Part shown: positions 59,301 through 64,000 of the stretch, piece after piece
Layout: every line of letters begins with the position of its first letter
How positions within the stretch are numbered: position 1 is the stretch's first letter
Assembly (NCBI GenBank): GCA_964036045.1
Contig: OZ038379.1
Coordinates: 38,688,001-38,752,000 of the forward strand
Source of the DNA: Eutreptiella sp. 'Long Island Sound 2002'
Lineage: Eukaryota; Protista; Euglenida
Length of the DNA stretch: 64,000 nt
Direction of reading: 5' to 3'
Notes under the pieces: generated by a model
Database searches by the model: none
Told to the model about the DNA's origin: nothing
What the model saw: the letters and a program-made list of their open reading frames with translations, nothing else
Position numbers and translations under genes: made by a program

Positions 59301-60331
59301 CAACCCCACCCATGGATGTTCTCACCAACCGTGTTCAAGAAAGCTTACAAAGACAGGGTTCATGACACGGGGCTGGCCCAAGACAAGTTGGTAAGACACG
59401 TCCAACGATAGAGGATCGATCGCCGGACAATCCCTTTGTCTTAGTACCTTGCCTTGTAACCTGTCTTGCGACAAATCCCCTGTCGTGTACCGTGTCTCGG
59501 TATCATATCGTGCTATCCCATCACCTTCGTTCGCATCTCTTGTATCACAACCACACCTCCCCCCCCCCCCCCCCCGGCCCTGCACTGTGGCGGCATACAC
59601 CCTTCTGCAATTGTGATCAAAGCAAGCATTAGTGCTACGATTCCATTGCATGGCGCATCAATTGTGACATTATAATCCCGTGCTTCACTTGCACATTGTA
59701 ACTGAGGACAAAGCTTCAGTTCATATTGCTTCTGTGGTCTTTAAAACAAATGAGCACCGTGGCACAACGAATTCTGCTATCAACTCGCCATCAAGCCACG
59801 TTTGCGACAAAAACGAATGAACGAATACCGGGCTCACATAGGGGGGCCAAGTCATGATGAAGTGATAAAAATTAAAATCAGGCTCAAATGTTGAAAGTGG
59901 TGCACACTTGGTGCAACTAATTTATACTGGGACCCATGCATTGACACCCCTGCCCCCGGGCACAGGGAGAGGGTTGGTCAACTCCCTATATCGTAAAGAG
60001 ACTGCCAAGACCCCCAAAAAGGGGGTGAGGGCAAAGTGTTTCTGGGCGAAAGGGGACGGTGCCAATGGTGAAAAAAACCCAAAAGGGACAACCTTGCGTT
60101 GTAGTGGATTGGCCTTATTGGGACTGTGACTCTGACTGGGTCGAATAGCCCTTCGCTGCCATGGACTGATATAGCTCCGGCCAAATTGCTGCCATCTCCT
60201 GCTGTGCCTGGAGTTGTGTTTTCACATTGTCTTCCAAGTGTTGTCCCTGGGCACGGGATTGGGTCCGTGGTCATCTCGCCCAACATGAGCAAGAATTCCC
60301 GCGAGGGGTTGGGCTGCATTGCCCCATCCTT

Positions 60332-62899
60332 CTACCGCACATCCTTCTGCCCGGAATCCTTGTTTCCGACGAAGGCAACCAAACAACGAACTCTGGGGGC
60401 CACAGAGGTGGTCACGTCCATGGCTGCAAGACCATCCAATGAGGCCTCAAAGGGGAGAGCGTGCAACGACAAGGGGGCATGACGAACACCGAGACATGCA
60501 ACTGTCGTAGGAGAGGGCCGTGAGACAGGCCACCAGATAGGGGGGCGGTTGTAGGAGAGACATGAAGACAGAGCGCAAAACATGGTTTGCCATCGGACAT
60601 GGGGGCCGTCGGCAGGGCTATCGTGGGAGGTGGTTGCGGGATAGGGGACTCTCTTGAAGCCTGTCGTAGGCGGTTGTCGCAACACAGAGATCACAAACGA
60701 AATTAGCAAACGTGCGTCACGCGCAACGGGGGAGTTTTTTGGGTAGTGCACCCGCTGACAGGCACGCGTCAAGTGCACTACATCCTCCGTGTCGCTCTCA
60801 TCGCTGCCAAACTGGGCCCATTTCCCCTTCTTCGGTGTTGCCGCCTTGGAAACCCTTGAGGATTGTTTTTCCCGTGGAGCGACCCAGCAATACCACCGCG
60901 CCGTAACATAGTCCAAGAGGAGCGTTTGCGGGGGAACAAGCGTGCACCCCAAGACACGACCACATGTGGCTGAGAAATGCGGATGAGGAGCACAAAGAAC
61001 AACAAAGCCCCCAAACGGTACATTGCGAAGAATGATACCCACACCGGGGGGGGGGGGGGCATGAACGGTGGCGAGGACCGTGTTGAAAGCGGTGGAAACG
61101 ATGGAGTTGCCATGGCAAAACCAACGCAATGGGCTCCGCACATCCGTCACCGCTCGAGGCATGTCCAACACGGTGAGGTACAAGTAGGTATTCTGATCGC
61201 ACAACATGAAGAAGCTTGCAGTACCTAGTAAACTAGGGACGTCGGTGACCGTCTTCGCCTGAAATTCCAAGTGCCAACTTGGGTTGGTGCAGCACACCCC
61301 ACGACATATACCTGCCCAGGAGCAGCTTTGGCACACCAGCTCTTCTTGACAGAGGGTGCAATGGGACCTTTTGCTGGCGCTTTGCTTCTTGTTACAGCCC
61401 GTGTATGGTCCTACTCGACCAAGATTGTCAGGCGGAGGGGCCATGGTGCAATCATGGGGTGGTAAAACTAGATACCTGGCATGGTGGGTCATAAGACGCG
61501 TCCCAAAGCCCACAACAACGAGGACCAACGGCCCATACATACCATTGTGCTTACCAGGGAGGCGAACAATGCAGTCGGTGCGAGGCGAACAATGTAGTCG
61601 GATGGGCAAACCAATGATTCGCCGAGCTCCATGGGGAATGTCAACGTGTTCCACGGCTGCGGCAAACCTCCACAACTGAATGTGACGAAGTAGCCGTTCA
61701 TGGTACTATCCACACCCAAGAACCAGAGTATAGGAATTGAGGAAGATCCCGTCGTCAGCAACCAGGCGTCTTTGAACTGCACAATGAACAGGCTCTGCCG
61801 ATTCACTAGAAATACGCACCAATTTGACAAACAAAAGGTGTAGCTGCTTTTGGTCACCCGCAAAGGACGTTCACACCCTGTTAAGTTGCTTCATGGCAAC
61901 CCCGCAAATTTGTGGTAAAGGAGCCGTGTAACCATGCGAAAGTGTTGTCACTTCTTCTGCCAAAAAATTAGGCACGTCCTCGAGGTGCAGATCCTAATGT
62001 GGGCGCTTCCACGCGACGGTGTGCCACTGAAACTTGTTGTGGGCCGCCCTAACCTCTTGGCATACCGCATTGTTGATGTCCATTGATTCTTGCGCGAGAA
62101 TGTACCCCCGGCGTCGATCTGAGTCCTCCCCATGTGCCCCTAGCGGCATGGTACCGTGTGCCGCCTTGATACGGTCGTCGGATACACCAATAAGTAGTGG
62201 TGGTGGAACAAAGGGGATGGTAATGGGGTCCTTGTTGTGTGTCACCCATAGCCCATCGCAAGTTGTTCCCGGCCCATGTTCACTCCATTGGTGAGGGGAG
62301 TTTCTTCGGAGGAAGTACACGGGACTTGACAAACTTGGATCCTTTTCCATGGACAAGCAAAGGCGGTGCTGCAAATGTCCTTGCCATGATGTGTGTTTCC
62401 AGGAGGCGCCTTGGGGTGCATCCGCTCGGAGGTCTAGGCACCCGTTATCCAGGCTCTCATGGTACACCGTCCCTTGGCGGCCATCCCCATCGACAGTACC
62501 GGCGGTGTACACGAACAGGTGCTCCGGGTCTTTGCCACTGAGCCGTACCACCACAAGCTGCACATCTAGGTTCCCTTCCAAAATATCCTGTAGAACATCA
62601 CTGAAGCACCCTGTGGATCGCTTGGAGGTGAACATAGGCAGCATCTTGACATGCGCCATGGTACCATCGCATTGCACCTGCATAATCTCCCTCACAAGGA
62701 TGAATTGCGTGGACATTTTGGCAGCATGAACCACCAACGCCCTCGTGGTTCCCATGGTGCCCATCGACCCCTTTGCAAGGTTGTCCACTTTTGGCATTGC
62801 AATGGAAGAGAGGAAGTAGCCAACTAATATAAGCCACTGGCGTACACAGGTGTCAAGACAAGGGATTGTCCATAGACATGGGGTGCAAGCAGGCCTCAA
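60332..62899 (-). other. Two long open frames of unknown origin: a 447-codon Cys-rich ORF and a 301-codon ORF with a weak RNase H-like segment; probably decayed element sequence
   Basis: GCNKK...HCTLCQEELVCQSC...CRGVCC...WH in 60332-61675; LFVYTAGTVDGDGRQG...LWVTHN...SDDRIKAA in 61994-62899. Confidence 0.25.
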
Positions 62900-64000
62900 G
62901 ACACGCAGTTGTCGTCAGATAGGTAGTACAACATAAGGGGGCTGTCATCCGATAGACCCCTGTCTTGTGCGAAAACAGGGGCTGTCGTTAGAAATAAAAA
63001 AGTTATCCAAAACACAAGCGCACTACGCAACCACTTATTTGTGGGCTATTTGCGGCTGATCCGGTGCAAAAAAAACAAACAAACTAAGAACATGCAAAGG
63101 TGCGGGGTATGGTCTGCAAAAAAAAGGCTGCAACAGGGGGGGGGGGGGGGTTGGCTTCATCCCATTTTACTACACATCCTGCTGCTACCGCTTTTCCCGG
63201 TGCATATGAGCTGCCCAGTTCGCATCTTGAAAAAGTGTGACCGGATGTCCGCTGCCCATGTGGAGCCCAAGATGGCGCCTATCATCTTCCATATGAGAGA
63301 ACAAAGAAGCAGTTATCATGTCGGATGGGTGCAAGGAGTCGAAGTAGTGAAGGATCCAAAGACGAAAGAAACCCACCACAAGCTCTTCCTGTGCCAGTGC
63401 TTTAGCTACCAGATCCACACGCGTGACACGAGGAGTGACTCCAAGGCTGCAATCGTATTCTTCTCTTTGCCGAAAGTCCTCCACAATGGTCAGGCTGCGA
63501 GCATGTGCGTCACTTGCCCTGTGCTTTTCTTGCCGTGTCCGCCCCGTTGGCATGCCAAGATGCAGTACACCTTTGGTCTCGACGAGAAAGTGGATCTTGG
63601 GAGACTTCTTGGGCTGCCCGTTCCGTAGCGCCCTCCACCTTCGCCTACCATAGTGCGCTTTTTGCCTTGGCCACCCTGGCCGGTTCATCCTCTTCACTGG
63701 TAGATGAGCCGCCGCTGCTGCTTCTGCTCGTCCAACGACCTCATCCACTGCCCGACCCGCTACCCGTGCCAGTGCCACTGCCACTAGGGCTCCCTGACCC
63801 CGACTCATTGTTCACACTTAGGGGGGGGGCTCTCCAGAATGGTGGACCATGGTGCGTTCCCTAACGTCATCCTACCCACTTCGGCTTTCCCTTTCACATT
63901 TGGTCTCTCGCTATCTTTCTATTTTTCTTTCTCACTTTTATTTTGCTCAATTTGGGCCTTCTCCTTCTTTTTCTCCGTACTCTTCTCCTTCGCCTTCTTT

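Noticed and set aside
2850-63150. Numerous 10-15-nt poly-G/poly-C runs
   Set aside because: A dispersed compositional trait with no local organisation; noted only because some frameshifts (e.g. ~20570, ~21290) fall in them and could be sequencing errors.
63781-63789. CCACTAGGG as a right TIR for a CCCTAG element
   Set aside because: Match is limited to 9 bp and does not extend into either family's TIR; similarly for CTAGGG near 61232.

Overview
Eukaryotic, repeat-dominated window with one clear host gene: an intronless, GC-rich 1383-aa TRAPPC10/Trs130 homologue (13491->9340, minus). Seven nt upstream of its ATG is a 21-nt sequence resembling the euglenid spliced leader, so a euglenid host is inferred but not proven. 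The rest is a nest of mobile DNA. (1) A non-autonomous Mutator-like element (6381-8597; GGG termini, 9-bp TSD) carries a Zn-finger ORF and an 85-bp x8 array. (2) A ~92-copy 48-bp TTAGGG-containing satellite (18106-26640) is inverted around a PHD-finger fragment and ends in a second Mutator-like terminus (27481). (3) A CCCTAG-terminated, 2-bp-TSD CMC/EnSpm-like element sits inside the satellite (19598-23712), with an internally deleted transposase and a second, spliced gene with a Tudor-like C-terminus. A full-length but decayed transposase of the same family lies at ~55130-56990. (4) A Transib/RAG1-core-like transposase relic lies at ~57720-59300. (5) A CGGBP1-like hAT element with a 6-bp TSD spans 39951-42534. 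(6) Two related decayed RNase H-bearing LINEs are present, one lacking its endonuclease and most of its RT. No rRNA, tRNA or CRISPR array was recognised. All family assignments come from motif recognition by eye, not database searches.
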